Positions 13,601 through 27,800 of a stretch of DNA of 64,000 nt are shown here, piece by piece (the stretch's first letter is position 1; the number at the start of each line of letters is the position of its first letter). Both the position numbers and the translations under genes were made by a program. The notes beneath the pieces were generated by a model that was given only the letters and a program-made list of their open reading frames with translations, did no database searches and was not told where the DNA came from. The DNA is from Fimbriosthenelais zetlandica (Eukaryota), in assembly GCA_977030845.1 (NCBI GenBank), contig OZ365112.1:18600001-18664000 (forward strand), written 5' to 3'.

Positions 13601-16600
13601 AATATGGAACTTTCACCTTCTGATGGTTATTCAACTATGCTACTTTTTAAAATGAAAGCCTTTAGCCTTTCATCATTCCATCTTGAATTGATATAAAAGC
13701 AGGGATAAGTTAAAGTTCACTTTCCATATACACATATATACATAGCTTAATGCATCTGTTAGGTGGAACTCCATTTAAAGGGGTAATACATACATCAAAC
13801 CATGAGTAAGAGTTGTCCGGCTGCCAAGGTCCGCGCCTGATGGAGCATGTTAGCAGCAGGCTAGGGGGATGACCAGCAGCCAGAGCCAAGCTTGATGACC
13901 TTATCAAGGTAGCGGAACTACAAGTCTGAAGACACCAATTGCTTCATTTGTCAGCAGGGCCTTTCTTACAAGATTCATGGCATCATGACCAAATAGGTCT
14001 ATTTCTCTTGAATAGCATCATCAAACCAAGGCCTGCAATCATACTGAAACTGCAGCAGAGGATGAAACTTTTCCAGTAATATCATGAGTGAAGATTTATA
14101 AGCCAGTGCTGTCTCTAAAGAGTGGAAAAACTGAAGGTGAGAGAAACAGAAAGAGTTGAAAGACTAATTCGAAATCAATAAAATATCGATTTTCTTTTTT
14201 AGATAAGGTAGTCAGATTCGTTGATGGCGAAGAGTCTGATTGATCATTCGAGGATGAACAAGAGTAAAAGCGTCAATTAAACAGGCGACAGTCAATTACA
14301 GGCAGCTCGGATGTCGACTGAGGAGTGCTATAGCATCTTAAGTGGTCATGGTGAGAGATAAGCCACAAGTAAGACCAAACAATCAGGCAAAGGTTATTTA
14401 TGACTCCACCAACTTTGATATGGGCATGAACGCTTTAATCAACTGCGGGACAAGACACATCTTTTTTCAACCAGTTGAAGATAATGACAACAAAGAACAT
14501 CATTAACTGATCAATGTGAAGACTGAATGTGTCAAATCAGTTTAAATTATTTATAAAAAGTAGATATTAATAATTATTATGGATAAAAGTAAATATAGGC
14601 CTATATCAGACAGCTTCAGTTCATTTTATATAATCCCCCACAACCTACTAAGTCTTCATATACACTCGCTAGATATCAGAAATAGTACATCAATAGCAAG
14701 CGCATAGCCAGCGAATCAAGTACAGAAGATGGCCCCAACTATCACATCTAGGCATTAATAATCAAAGACATGGGAATATAATTTGAGGGAGGACGGATGC
14801 TGGCTGCCGGTGACAGCAAGAAGTAAGCTGTAGAAGGTGGCTGAAGAGGGACAAAGAAGGCAGCAGAGACAAATCACAGAACATAATCACGCTGGGTCCG
14901 CTCACAAGCAAGCACAAGTCAATACAATTAGTGAGAAAATCACCATAACTTTCCTTCTAATTCCACTCATTTTGCCTTTTCGCAAGCGATGATATTACGG
15001 GGGGAATTATGAAGGGAAATTACTCAAATCATTCATTGAAGATTAGATACTTTGAGCATGTTGAAATGTAAGGGAAATTCTTGCAGCAGCAACTTAGTCA
15101 TGGTCGTTTACTTGTTGATGCAATATTCACAAGGCAGACAAATTAGATTACAAGTAAAAAGGAATACTATTAAGCCATGCAGACAGCGTCTGGGGAGTTT
15201 ACAATCTACCAATCTCGGTCCACATCAGGGAGTAGGGAGATGGAGGGTATGTGAAACGCATTTACTTTAATTTCATTTTAATCCTCTATAGTCTGCTGCA
15301 ATAGGACGTAAGTGACAAAGCAATTATGTGATTCATGTACACACCAAGTGTTCACCTTTGAGAATACATTGAATCTCTAATATAGGTGAGTCTAATCTGC
15401 TTTAAGCTTTCTCTTGTAGCCTATGTATCACTGTTCCCCTGCAGAACTAAGTCCATTACAACCTTCTGGGGAACTGCTGTTAAAATGATGAATTACCCGA
15501 TTCAAATCTTCTAGTGTTGCTCATTTCGTAGAACATGGATGGCATAGGAGCTTCCATCGAGCTAAGCCTTAATGATTTCTGCGCAGCTTGAGTGAAATGG
15601 ACAACTTGATTCTGACATTCATTCTCCCCAAGCCAGGAGAATCCTATGCTGGTACCATCACTATCTAGCCTCAGTGCCCGTCAACAATATCCTCATTTTT
15701 GTGGCGTTTAAAATGGCAGTTCACTAAGAACCCCATGTGCGCACAATCCCCGCTCAGGAGAAAAAGAAAAGAAATAAATAAGGGATTATCTGAGAATAAG
15801 AAGTCCTCAATGGCATTTTTATGCAACTATTGCATTATGTAAATCATTAAACAAGTTCCTTACGCCAGACAACCTTTAAAAGAGAGGCTTGTGAAGGAGG
15901 CTTCACAATGTTTTACCTCGGGGAGGAGTCCATATTTCATGGCCTGATAGCATTAGCTCCACAACTCCAACTCCATTCTCATTAAAACCGTTATTGTTCT
16001 CCTATTCCCTATCCAACCATCCATCACAGAGGATATTCTACCCTCGTGCTGGCACGAATACTCATTTGATTTTGTGAGAACAGTTTACATTTCTTGTTCA
16101 GTGATGTTATCTGTTAGTTAGATTGTTAGAACCAGGTGGTTTCTCAGATCTAGGAGAGTCCATCTGCATTCTATTTCATTAGCGCTTGAAATTAAACAAT
16201 TTTAGAAGACAATAAGCTCAGCCAGCGATCCCTCGCCCAATCGCAAATGACAACACATTAAGGGTCTACCTGTTGATTAAATTAACACATCATGGACGTT
16301 TTTAAAACGTGATAAAATTTTAAAACATGTGCCCAGATGAAGCAATAACTCACAAAATCTCAAATCTGGCGATACAGTAGATGGCGAAAAAGACCTGATA
16401 ATTATAAGATGACAAATTCTTGAAGAGAACCATCAAGGAAAAGAAGACAACAACAAATCACGGACATTCCATACTGCCTGTATAAAACTTGCCATGAAAA
16501 ATAAGCTCAAAAAGAAATCATTAAGAGTCAATCACCTCGGGTAGATGTTTCCAGAGAGATGAGCATGAATGGAGTTCACTTTGCCGTGGCCATGATGTGG

Positions 16601-19600
16601 ACTTCTTTTATAAAATGAAAGGATGGCTGCTCTCGTTTATTATTTTCTTCATGGGTCATCTTCAGTCAGACAGAGGGGATGAGGAGCCTGACCAGATTAC
16701 AGGAGCAGGCATCAAAGTTAAAAAACAAGGCAGCTCCTCTTCCTCCATCTTAATCCAAAAATACCTGAACAATCCTACTGACGGTCAGATGCATACTTGT
16801 ACTCATTAAACGAGTTGCTCAGTTTGTAACATTGTGAGAAAAATTTCATTACCTTCACTTCAGAGGAAATTATACTGATTGAAGCTATGCATCACTGCTG
16901 CATTGGAATTTTTGTCAGGCTGGCCAAATTCAAAAGAGCAATCTAGATTCTAACCCAGCACATCAGCCTGGCTGGTGTTGGTTTCTCGCTTCCAGGTTAG
17001 AGGGGAAAGACACGAGCAAGTCCATTACTGTTTCCAGGGTAACTTTGCCTTCAAGGTGGCCATCGCATAATTTGTTTCCTGCCACATGACCCTTTCACTG
17101 GTGTCCAGCCTCTCTGCCGCGTCCTTTGGCTTGTGGCAGCTTATTTCCTCCCCTCAAAGCAATGATATCCCATTATGACAAATAGGAGGACAGAAAGTTT
17201 AACTCTGCTCAGGAAATTGGTGATTCAAGAGGAAACGCCATTCGAATCATAAATAGGACAATTGCCATGTTTCATGATAATAATCAGCTTCAGCTTGATT
17301 ACTTAGCAATAGGAAGACAATACCTTAGATTACAGTCTTACGGTGGATATCGTGTTCAAATAAAAGCAGATTAAATCTTTAATATCCACTACTGCGAGGA
17401 ACCCACTTATAGGAATTGTGAGGTGAAGCATGAATTCAACCAAGCTCCACCAAGGCTCAGCCTCAGCAAATCAAATTGTCCACGGTCTGATGTTCCCGAC
17501 AAAACGCTGAATCAAACACTTTCAGTTTTACCTTATCTTCTCATTCCCCTCTATTGGTTTTTGGTGGAATTCCAAGTGGAAACTCCACGGCTTTTATTTG
17601 GCCACCTGCAAGAAACCCGTCCCCTTACAATTTGGACAGCTAAAACCATAACGCTGTCAGGGTAAATCGGGGCATATAATAACATCAACTCGTCCCACAA
17701 GTCACACGTCTCACATTTGCCCCTGTAGTTCCAACTTGTAATATTTTGACAGGCGCTGGCAAGGATGAAGAGTCGGGTGGGAGGGGATGTCATAAGGCAC
17801 GCCTGGTTTTTGACGTTTTTCTGCCAAACAAGCGCAGGACAGTGTGGCATCACATGGGATGGCAGCTACTGATGAATTCCCGCAGGCATCCGTTCAATTT
17901 TCCGGCAAGAAGAACCCTTCACATTTCATTCAGACTGAAGGGTTGGTCAGTAATAAGGGGTAGGGGTTGATGGCAGTTATATACAAAGATTTGTTGCGAG
18001 TAATGTACCTTTAATTAGTGTTCATATACCTGGAGCAGGAAGGTCATGACATAGGATTTCCTACACCTGACCATTCCTCATACAAAGGCCAAAAAAGCCA
18101 TCAGTACCCCAAGCTACCAACATTGGCCAATTCACTGCCATCCCAACTCGCATTTACCCCATTCCCCACAAGGCTAGGTCACTATGACTAACCCCATCTC
18201 AGGATACCAAAGCTTTGAAGTGGAGCCCAATCATTATTGTAAACGCTGATTTTAGTCTCTTGGGAATTTATAGACTTCCAAAACAAAACTAGGACAGGCA
18301 GAATCCCTGATTGCAGTGTTTAGAAACAGAAAATACCATCCATCTTATCAGATCAGAAGACTCTTAGTTCAAGTCCAATATGAATAGGTCTCCATAGGAC
18401 TATGAGTAGAATTGAGAACCATGTAATCGACATAGAAATGTTTTTGAAAAGGATATCTAAGGGATGTCTAAAAGCCCTGCTTAAAACTGATTCTTTTGAG
18501 TGGTTATTTTAGGAATAAAATCTGTTTCACTTAAAAATGAATTTAGACATTAATATTAAGACCCAGGGCTAACAAACATTGGCCTTTCAGCTATAGTAGC
18601 CACTATGTGAGTCTGGAGCCTCTGTGGTAGACCACCACTCCAGGACCAAGCACCATGGTTCACTCATTGAGGTGATCAGTGATGAGGGCTGTGATGCCTA
18701 ATCTAACATAGGAGGAGTCATCCAGGTGGCAAAATATATGCTAAGCCTGGGAAGCGTGTAGAAACAGCCAGGGGGATTAACATAAACCACCCACCAAGAC
18801 AGGACATAAAACGATGAAGGTAGGGTAGGGTAGAGGGTAAGGGAGAGTAGTGATGTGGCCGGCCATTGGCCATGCTATGTTAGTGGTAGGAGATGACCCA
18901 TCCTCTAATCCCTCTTTTATAGACTACTAACCTTGCTACACGCTAATGTCAGCCTGGCTTTATCATCAGACCGCCCCGCAGACAGTGTACAGTCCTCTCT
19001 TTATCATTATCACGAAGTAGAAACAGGCTACATGTCTTCCTAATGACATGATTCTACTCCCCATAAAAAATATCATTTACAAAGCTGGCGTCAACTTTGA
19101 ACAAAAGGCGAGTTGATCAGGCAGTTGTAACAATTTATGAATTTCTCACACAGTTGTGTCTGTCACCGTTTGGGAAACATTGGAATTAAACAAATCAACT
19201 GTAAATTCATGTCCATACAGGAACTGCAGTTTCAGAGAAAAACTCATCAGACCTTCTCTTTAAGTAGAGGAGAATGCAGTAGTAGATTACATATAACCGC
19301 TAATTAACCAGCAACACAAGCTGGTGGATTTGATTGAGTTATAAAAAATCAAAGGGAAGCCCCCACACCCATTGATGTGAAGTCATTTATGTGTATATCA
19401 GCCACAGTAAGATCTGAATATATGAAAGGCAAAGTACCAACTATTGAGACATAAATATTCAGGAGAAAGAGAAGAATAAGAGAAGAGGTTGTAAAAAGAG
19501 GCAGGAGGAGGAGGGGAGGAGGCAGGCAGTGATGTATAGAGGAGGGAGTGTGGGTATCAGGGAGTTCTCCAGTGATTTAAACCTGTAGGCGTTGTACAGT

Positions 19601-21897
19601 GATTACCAAAGCAAACTCCCATATAGATGCACTCCCAGAAAAGAAGCTCCCGTATTCTGTCTCTAAAGGACTACAGATGTTTTCAGTCTCAGCCTATGTT
19701 GGTATGCATACAGTAGAACTATAATATAATCAACTGACTGGTTTTTCTAAGCCATTTCGGAAACTTTACTCACAGTTAATTTTACTGACAAATGTATCAC
19801 GTCGACTTGCACAATATCATAACGGCAAATGAAATGGCAATAATTTTCAAACTATTAATATAATTTTCTAGTTTACAAGTACAAGAGCTCGAAATATGCA
19901 GGGTACAAAAAGACCATGACAAGCCTGAGAGGACCGGCTTCTTCAAGACAATCACTGCAATTAGACAACAGTGGACGCAGTCATCAATACTACCAGCTCC
20001 CTAAGCCGAGGGAGTGAACAGACTATCTAGGGCCTATATATAGAGAAAAGGTGTAGAGAAAATCCACAAGAGGTGGCCTCTGGGGCGAGGATCCGGGGTA
20101 TTGAGGAAATGAACAGTTGCGAGAGGAAAAGTAGAAAAAATATGTGAAGAGGTGACTGGGATGAAGAAGTGGTAGTCAGGAAAAAAACATTTTAGATATG
20201 GAACTGTACATAGGTACAGGGATGTAAGTGCTGGAGAGATGAAGAGAAGCCTTAATATGTAAACCTCCCTCTTCTAATGGAACAAAAAGGAAATAAGAGT
20301 ACCGGAATCATATTTGAGAAAGGCTTCTAGGTGGAATAGGAGGAGACTTTCCAACTGTTTTTCATTCACTTTTTGGCAGAAAATAGCGATCGCCAAGGCG
20401 GCTTAATGTTCTGCAGCTGTCCTGATAAGAAAACCATCAGCCAGCGAACCCCGCAAAGCGCGAGAATGAGTCTTAATGCCAACCTATCGCCTACACATCT
20501 TAAATACTAGATCTCTGCCAAGCTCCCATAGGTTCTTCACAAATATATGTCTAATCACCGAGAAAAAGTGAATAAAGAAAATTAAAGTTAAACAATGGAA
20601 GCATAAAAACAACATGGAGCACAACAAAATCAATTTAGAATTCCTCAGTTGAACCACATAGGCCTAGTAGATGTGTATTCTACTTGAAAAAATCCTCAAT
20701 TAAGGCTATCTCATTGATTATGATATGTCCTAACTGGTTTCCAAAATAGTTAACATAAAAGTGATGTAGTACATGTACCGGTATGAGCAAAAAGACCCAT
20801 AATATAGAAAAGACTCGTGATATAGAAATGGGCAGCTTTACCGGGAACTGCTCGCGTGCGAGGTATGAGCAGCTCGCTATCAGGAACGTGTTTCCAGGAG
20901 TTAGCTTATGCCAGTAAAAACGTGTAAGGTTGGCTTACTAAGTATTTAGGTGTACATGTATTCAAATGTAACAACAGGACTTGGGATTATCTACCAATAC
21001 ATAGCCTAGTAATTCTGAGGAATGTTAGTCCTTTCAGTTTGTAATTCTCTTTCTTGTATCAATATTTAACATGATATTTTCTGTGTTTATTTTAGTGGGA
21101 TATCACCTTCATTCTGTGTGTAGTTAACCTATGTGTGACTCTGACCATGTTTACATATTTCTGCTCTGGTAACATTTCTGGCGTGAGGCTAGGCACAGGT
21201 TCCAGGACCAACGTTATAGAGGCCTGTCATGAAAATGTTATCAGAGCGATTTGTTACCTCCTGCACACTGATGGTGTGACATCAAGTTATCTCAATGATG
21301 GTATTAATATGGAAAACTCGGGCAAAAAAAAATCAACCTAACTGACTCACATAGGCCAATAAACTAATTTTAATGAGACAGGTCCAATCCTGGGTAGAGC
21401 ATACCCACTAACCCAGGCCCAAATATTTCGGCCTAACTATAGGCCTAGGCCTATAAGCACCTAGTATGCATATTATTGCTAATAAATTTGTTATGTATAC
21501 CGTATCGGATACTGGTACTCTAGCTATAACATTGTTATCATCTTCTCGGTATTAGGCATCAACATTACTGTAGTGTAGGGAAAGGTGGAACACAGTAAGG
21601 CGTAGCCTATCCGTACAACTAGTAGGGCCTACCGGTACCGGTACCTCGAACTTCGAAGACGAAGTCGACCTGGGAATAAGCAGCTGAGGATATAATTCTC
21701 AACTACACAAAAGTTATAAAAGCGAGCACAATCCTGTGTCAAGAAGTCAGTGTAAGCAGGCCAGGCATGGCTTTGGAAGCAGTGCTTTCTGCAGGCCCGG
21801 CAGTGGGCTTGAAACAAGCTGGAGAAAGTATGTGAGGGGCGGCCATGCCGCGATTCCTCACCAGAAAAACATGTGACAAAATGAACTTCATGCTTAC

Positions 21898-22000
21898 CAA
21901 TAGCAGTTGTAATCCCCCAAAAGCGGCAAAACCAGGCGAAGTAGTCCCAGAGAGCTTCACACTTCGTACTCCTATAACCCATGACTTGTGTGAAAGGCAT
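21898..22000 (-). CDS. TMEM72: TMEM72-like transmembrane protein, coding exon 1 (MPFTQVMGYRSTKCEALWDYFAWFCRFWGITTAI)
   Basis: ATG at 22000; 103 nt ending in a phase-1 donor ATTG|GTAAGC. CRFWGITTAI resembles CRLLGITTAA of human TMEM72 (recalled from memory, not aligned). Confidence 0.75.
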
Positions 22001-22571
22001 TTTTTGATCTTCTAGTTGACGCACTTCTCCCTCTACAACAACACAACGTGCTCTTCCAGATTTTGTTGACCTCACGTGTCCACATGACCCGGAAGCACCT
22101 CCTCAGCGGCATACATATGGTCATTCCACGATATTACTAACATATTCTTGGACTATTCTTATGAATAAACGAATAATTACTAAAATGAGTAGGCTCAAAT
22201 TTGATTCTGACTATTTAGGTAGTTTAATATAGCAGAAAACACCGATTCAATGTTCGAAGCGGTTTGTCCATATTATCGCTCAGGCTTGTAGTTCTCAATT
22301 CTCCCACGTGGTGGCATACTCGTTCTGTCTCCTAAATGCGAATTCTTGATTTCTAGGGATGCAGGAGTTTAATCGCGGGTGAAATAGTATGGCATGTAGC
22401 TTTGACGCAATTTCAAAATAATTTGAACCCAAATAGTCTTTATTATACCGTTTGTAAACGAAATAAAATGATTAATCGTTTGGCATACTTCTCGCCAAAC
22501 TCCGCACAGTGGCGCTCCAGTCGTTCCTCCATCTCTCGTTTGAAATTTGGTTTACTTCGAAATTTGTTCAG

Positions 22572-22581
22572 GTGACGTCAC
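22572..22581. promoter_or_regulatory. Full CRE palindrome GTGACGTCAC, ~570 bp upstream of the TMEM72-like ATG
   Basis: Exact motif in a visibly CpG-rich stretch; function inferred only. Confidence 0.4.
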
Positions 22582-22639
22582 ATGCGAGAAAAAGAAAAAA
22601 TAATACAGCATAAGTCAGATAATTTCCATTTTGAAACTT

Positions 22640-22645
22640 TTTATT
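22640..22645 (-). terminator. Candidate PDK polyadenylation signal AATAAA
   Basis: TTTATT on + strand, ~1.5 kb downstream of the PDK stop, followed on the - strand by a T-rich stretch. Confidence 0.45.
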
Positions 22646-24171
22646 CACGTGTGTTTACTAAAGGGACTGGACAGACGTTGGGTCCGTAACCAGAGAAATA
22701 AGTCTAGACTACGGCTCGAGTTAGAACCCGAGTCGTTACATGAATGTAGACATCAAAGAATAAAATATGTAAGGTCGCAAAGGCAATTATAAGGGATAAT
22801 TATAATCCACTAGCACACTTTTGGCACAATGGATTGGGTCAGCTGCATGCGAGGCAGTCTGTATTATATTGGTGGGCTTTCTCATTGTAGCAACAGATAA
22901 ATTAAAGATACAGAGCCAAGCCACACAAAAACAGTTCTACAATCCAATGTGGGTTTAAAGCCCAGCCAGGTGTTTTAAATTATTGTAATACTCTTTCAGT
23001 ATTCGAACTGAAATTTCCATGAAGATTAATGCCTTTTATAACCACCCTTTTTCAATGACAGATTTTCGAATTCCTCATTCATTTTTGTGGAGCTTATTAT
23101 CGCCTACAATATTATACTTTCATATTCTTATCGCATTAAAGTCATAGCTAAGTTATACACATGACTATAAAGTAACTTAATTCAACTTAGATATAATATA
23201 TAGGCTTAATAGCACCCGGTAGCATCAACGGTCATATTCATCATTGAATTTGGGCAGTGAGAGGGAAGCCTGTTTGGGTGGAAACCTCGCGATTATCACA
23301 CGTTTTATCACGTCTCAGCCAGACACACCCTGTATTCTTTTAAAACCATTTTTAAATCATAGGAAATATATCTTAAAACATATTCAATACGGTAATTAAT
23401 AAAATAGAATGCATTGTTTTAAGACGACAGTACCCGTGCGCCTTTTCAAGTACAGAAAGGCTAAGAATGGCTCTGAAACCACATTACGACAACTGGGAGT
23501 ATTTTGATACACAATGTCTTTGTGACTAGAGTTCTGATATTAAACTATTTGTAGAAGTCTCATTTATCACTGGATGATATGCTGGTCCATTAAACTGAGG
23601 GTAGGATTAATCCCTTTAGCTTTCCCTAACAATACTAAACCTATGAGTAGTATAATGAAAGTATCCCTAGGTCTACAGGAACCTTCTCATGTTGTAGCAT
23701 ACGATTTACACCTCCCTCAGAAAACATATTTATCAACACAATAATTATATATCCACGGTAAAATTCTGATTTTCTAAATAGCCGACAATAACATAATATC
23801 TTAACTGCTGATACTGATAGTGATACCGAACTGTTGTAAAATCTCTAAAATGTTTTATCCAGACAAAACACAATCAATGCAAATAAAACAATAAACATTT
23901 TTCTATGTACTATATATGTACATTAAACTCATCTAACAAATACATAGCTTAGGGGCAGCTCTACACAAAAACAAAAACTACACGATCCTGATCTGGCGCT
24001 GTTAAAATCCATCCACCAAAATAAAATACACATTTCCAATATCATAAACCATATGGTCCAATAGGTTATGATCTCAGCACAATCAAGGTGCAGAAGACTA
24101 TATTCAATAACGAATAATGTAGGAGAAAACTAACATGTGAGTAATAGGTGGTAGGTATACATGTGGAGAGG

Positions 24172-24869
24172 TTAACTGTTGAGGGGTGAGCAGTAGTTTC
24201 TGTTGCAGGAGGAAGAGATGAGAGAGGAGGTGGAGGATGGCATGGAGTAGCTACCAAAGCGGCGTACTGATGTCACTATTGGTGTATTTATTCTCACTTT
24301 CTTCAGAGTTTTGGTAGAATACTGGCGATGTTGACCGATCTGATGGACCGCTCCATGGAGACCTTGTGTGTGGCTAGGGTCTGACCAGTCAGCCACGGGG
24401 ATGGACTTTGAGTAGCGCTGAGACGAAGTCTTGTTATACACTGGAAGTAACTCAGCAGCATCTTTGGGAAATACCTGAAAATAAAGGACATGTTACACAC
24501 GCTCAAATTAATTGGTTTATTTGGAGCCATATCAAAGCATTTACTACATACCAATAAAACAGAAGGGTTATCAATGTCCATCTTAAATGGAAATACATCT
24601 CATTATATCGATATCAAGTCAATGTCAATACGTCAATCTACCTTGAGGTACATGATGGCGTCCGTCCCCCAGCCCTGGACCGAGTTGAGGATAAGGTCTC
24701 CGTTGAAATACTTGGCGTAGAGGCGGGAGAGCGGGAGGCCATAACCATAACCTGCAAGAGGCGTGGATGAGGCAGCAGCAGGGGAGGGCGGGCGTGGAGC
24801 AGTGGAGTACATGTAGTTAAATAATAAGTCAATAATACTCCGCTTAATGCCACCTCCCTGATCTGAGAT
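24172..24869 (-). CDS. PDK: PDK exons 9-10 (24642-24869, 24172-24474): ATP-binding G boxes and C-terminal tail
   Basis: ISDQGGG...FNYMYSTAP...[22 protein letters not shown]; [17 protein letters not shown]...DW; stop TAA at 24172-24174. Confidence 0.93.
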
Positions 24870-27800
24870 CTGGAATATAGGAAATAAACATACCAAGGTT
24901 AATATTTCATTTTAAAATATGTAATAATTTATATCCATTTATAGATATATTCAAATATTATCATGTTTGATATTATAAATTTGATATCTGTTCATTTATT
25001 TTCTCAATCATTTAAGAGAAAGAGATTGGCTTTGAATACAAGATAGAAGAGAATGTATAAGTACTTACCTTGATAGTAACATCCTCGTCACCTTTACAGA
25101 TCATAACTTTCAGAGGAGGCAGGTCCTCACATTCTTCACCGTGAAACTCCACTACAGCTCTCAAGGCATTCTGAAAATTAAACAAGAAAATACACATTAA
25201 GATTTTGTATACTTTGATTTTTATGTATTTCATTCTGTAAATATATAACGATTGTAACTAAGTCTTTATATTCACATGGCCAAGTAAAGGGAAATGCAAT
25301 CCATAATATATTTTATTTATAAGCTACGATCTTACCTTAAAAAGTTCGAAGAGTATATGGTACAGATGGGATGGTACGTAGGTAAACGTTATTCTCTCTA
25401 CAGCTTCGTAAGCTGAAACATGAAGAGTATTTTGTGTTATCAACAAAATAGAAGGCATTTACTTTGAATGAAAACATTTATTACAAAATGTCTTTTCTAG
25501 ATAAGAAAGAATATTAGCTGTCGAACTTACGATTGTGGCAGTAGAATTCCACATCAGGAGAAGTCATGTAGTACTGGTCACACAGAAATTGAGCATTTTC
25601 AAAAGCATCTGAAAAGAAAATAGCAAAGATTTAAAATATATGTTTGACCAAGTATAAGACGAGATTTTTATAAGTGAGAAAACGATTAATTCCCTTTATT
25701 CTTTAAGATTTTGTTTTAATGAGTTATAGAATCTCACCTTCCGCTATAGAGAGGATGTCACAGTGGGGGTCAATACTTCCTATATGTCGAGGATGCTGCG
25801 AGATATTGGTCCCAAATATTAAGGCTGTAATAAAATGATAAATTGGTTAATCAAATATTTTTTTTTATTTATTCAAATGCTTCTTTGAAGCTTAAATGGT
25901 TTGTCGTAGACATTATTTGCTTACAGTGCTGGTTGATGAGCATACGTATAGATATTCTGCTCATGTAGAATCTGTCGAGGAAGTATTGTATTTGTTGGTC
26001 CATGCCGAGCGTGTCCACGCCCTCCTGACTGCTTTCCTTCATCTCTATCACACCCTGAGCCATGGTCTCCACCACCCGCGTGTGGCGATTCCGTACCTTC
26101 ACTAATGTCTCACAGAACCTGAGGAAGAGATTAAATTAAATCATAAAATGAGGGGGAATATCAATTTATTTATCTAAAACAAAGTGGTGTTCTGCTGACC
26201 ATTTTGGGCGCCTTAATTAATCAGTGAAAGACAGTGGTTTCAAGAACCTGACAGAATCTACAGGTGCAAACACTAAATTAATTTCCAGGATAAGATTAAA
26301 AGAAAAGGTAAGAAAGTGATAGTGGTGCGACATAAATCAGAATAGTACTGAGCGAGTGTAGAGTGGCGCCACCTTCAAAAGCGGACATGAACAGATAGCG
26401 TGAAAGCGGCGGCGTCTACCGTTTCCCGCCCTTTATTATCAGTTAAACACGTAAAATGTCTTCGATCCCTATCGAGGCTTGGCTGCCAGTGCATATTATT
26501 TATCAGTTCCTAATTTAGTCGGAAAAAAATGATTACAAAATGTTGGTTCACTATCGATATCAGGTCAGCGCGCACACTGGACCTTGGACATGCCCTTCCA
26601 AACTATAGGTTAAGAACTTTAAACCGTCCTCATTCATTTGTCATTTATAATCAAAGTTCACAGAGTTCACTCATCATGATGCCCTACAAGTCATGAGTAT
26701 AAGTGATTTTGAAAAAGACGCCGTTAGAACTTAGACCCGCAGATATGCGTAGTCACAAATCATCTTGACTAGCAAAACTCGAGAACAGACTAATATTTCA
26801 ATTCTATATTATAGATGGAAGCATGAATTTTGGTCTGGCCTGGTTTCGGTCACGAATTTTCCACCACTAACTAAATAAAGACATCCGTGCCTTTGTATGT
26901 TCATGGATTTATGGTGATGCAATGTGTCAATTTGTGTACGGGCCACTCCCACACATTCTTAGTCCAGGAAAGTCAGACCCTCATTGTTGGACTACAATAG
27001 ACTAGTTTCAGTAGGACTGACGAGATTCAATGATCCTCGTGCTATAATACATGCTGTACAAATAGATGAATCAGTGAAACTGAATTGTCAACATTTCTAT
27101 GCTGATTAAAATGTTAAATCAGCATAAAAAGCAATGAAAGAAGAGATGGAACTCCTGGCAGAATAGGTTCAATAGGGGTTAACTGATAAAAATTGAGATC
27201 TATACATGTAATACAGATAGACCCAGCTTTACTGCACCTATATAACAGCTTACTGGCAATGTTTGCCCTGGCCACATGAAACTCGACTGAATCTGGATCA
27301 ATGACAGGGGAACTGGGTCAGACAAATGTGAGTTAATGTAGACACGACGATGATGAGCTCGGTCAAATGTCTCCAGTTCCCAGCACCGGTCTATCATAGT
27401 GACATGTCAATCAACCAATGAATTTATATGAATGAAAGGGCAACGTCTCCATCAGTTAGTAAGATTGTTAATGGAGTATGGAGAGCAAGATTAATTTATA
27501 GCTTTTAACGAATCAATTTATTGAAACAATAAGGGCCCATATATGTTTAGGTATTAATATAAACATATTATGTTCACATAATTATACTCTCAATGGTACG
27601 ATCGATAGATTATCACATAGTGTCACATAAGGCAAAGTCCGCCGCACCTGTTACCGCTTTCACATCAAAAGATATAGTATTTATCATTTGATGATTGATA
27701 ATAAATATTGGCATTAAAAGGAGGACTCAAACTGAATGAAGGCAAATTAAACCAATGTGCACCAAATATGCATGACTTTATCGTGAAATAGACATACAAA

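Noticed and set aside
21629-22075. 148-aa ORF as a single-exon gene
   Set aside because: Only 21898-22000 is supported as coding; the rest is read-through past a strong GTAAGC donor.
27200-27400. Possible alternative exon in PDK intron 3 (donor CCA|GTAAGC)
   Set aside because: Candidate exon is not phase-symmetric and shows no similarity to PDK exon 3.
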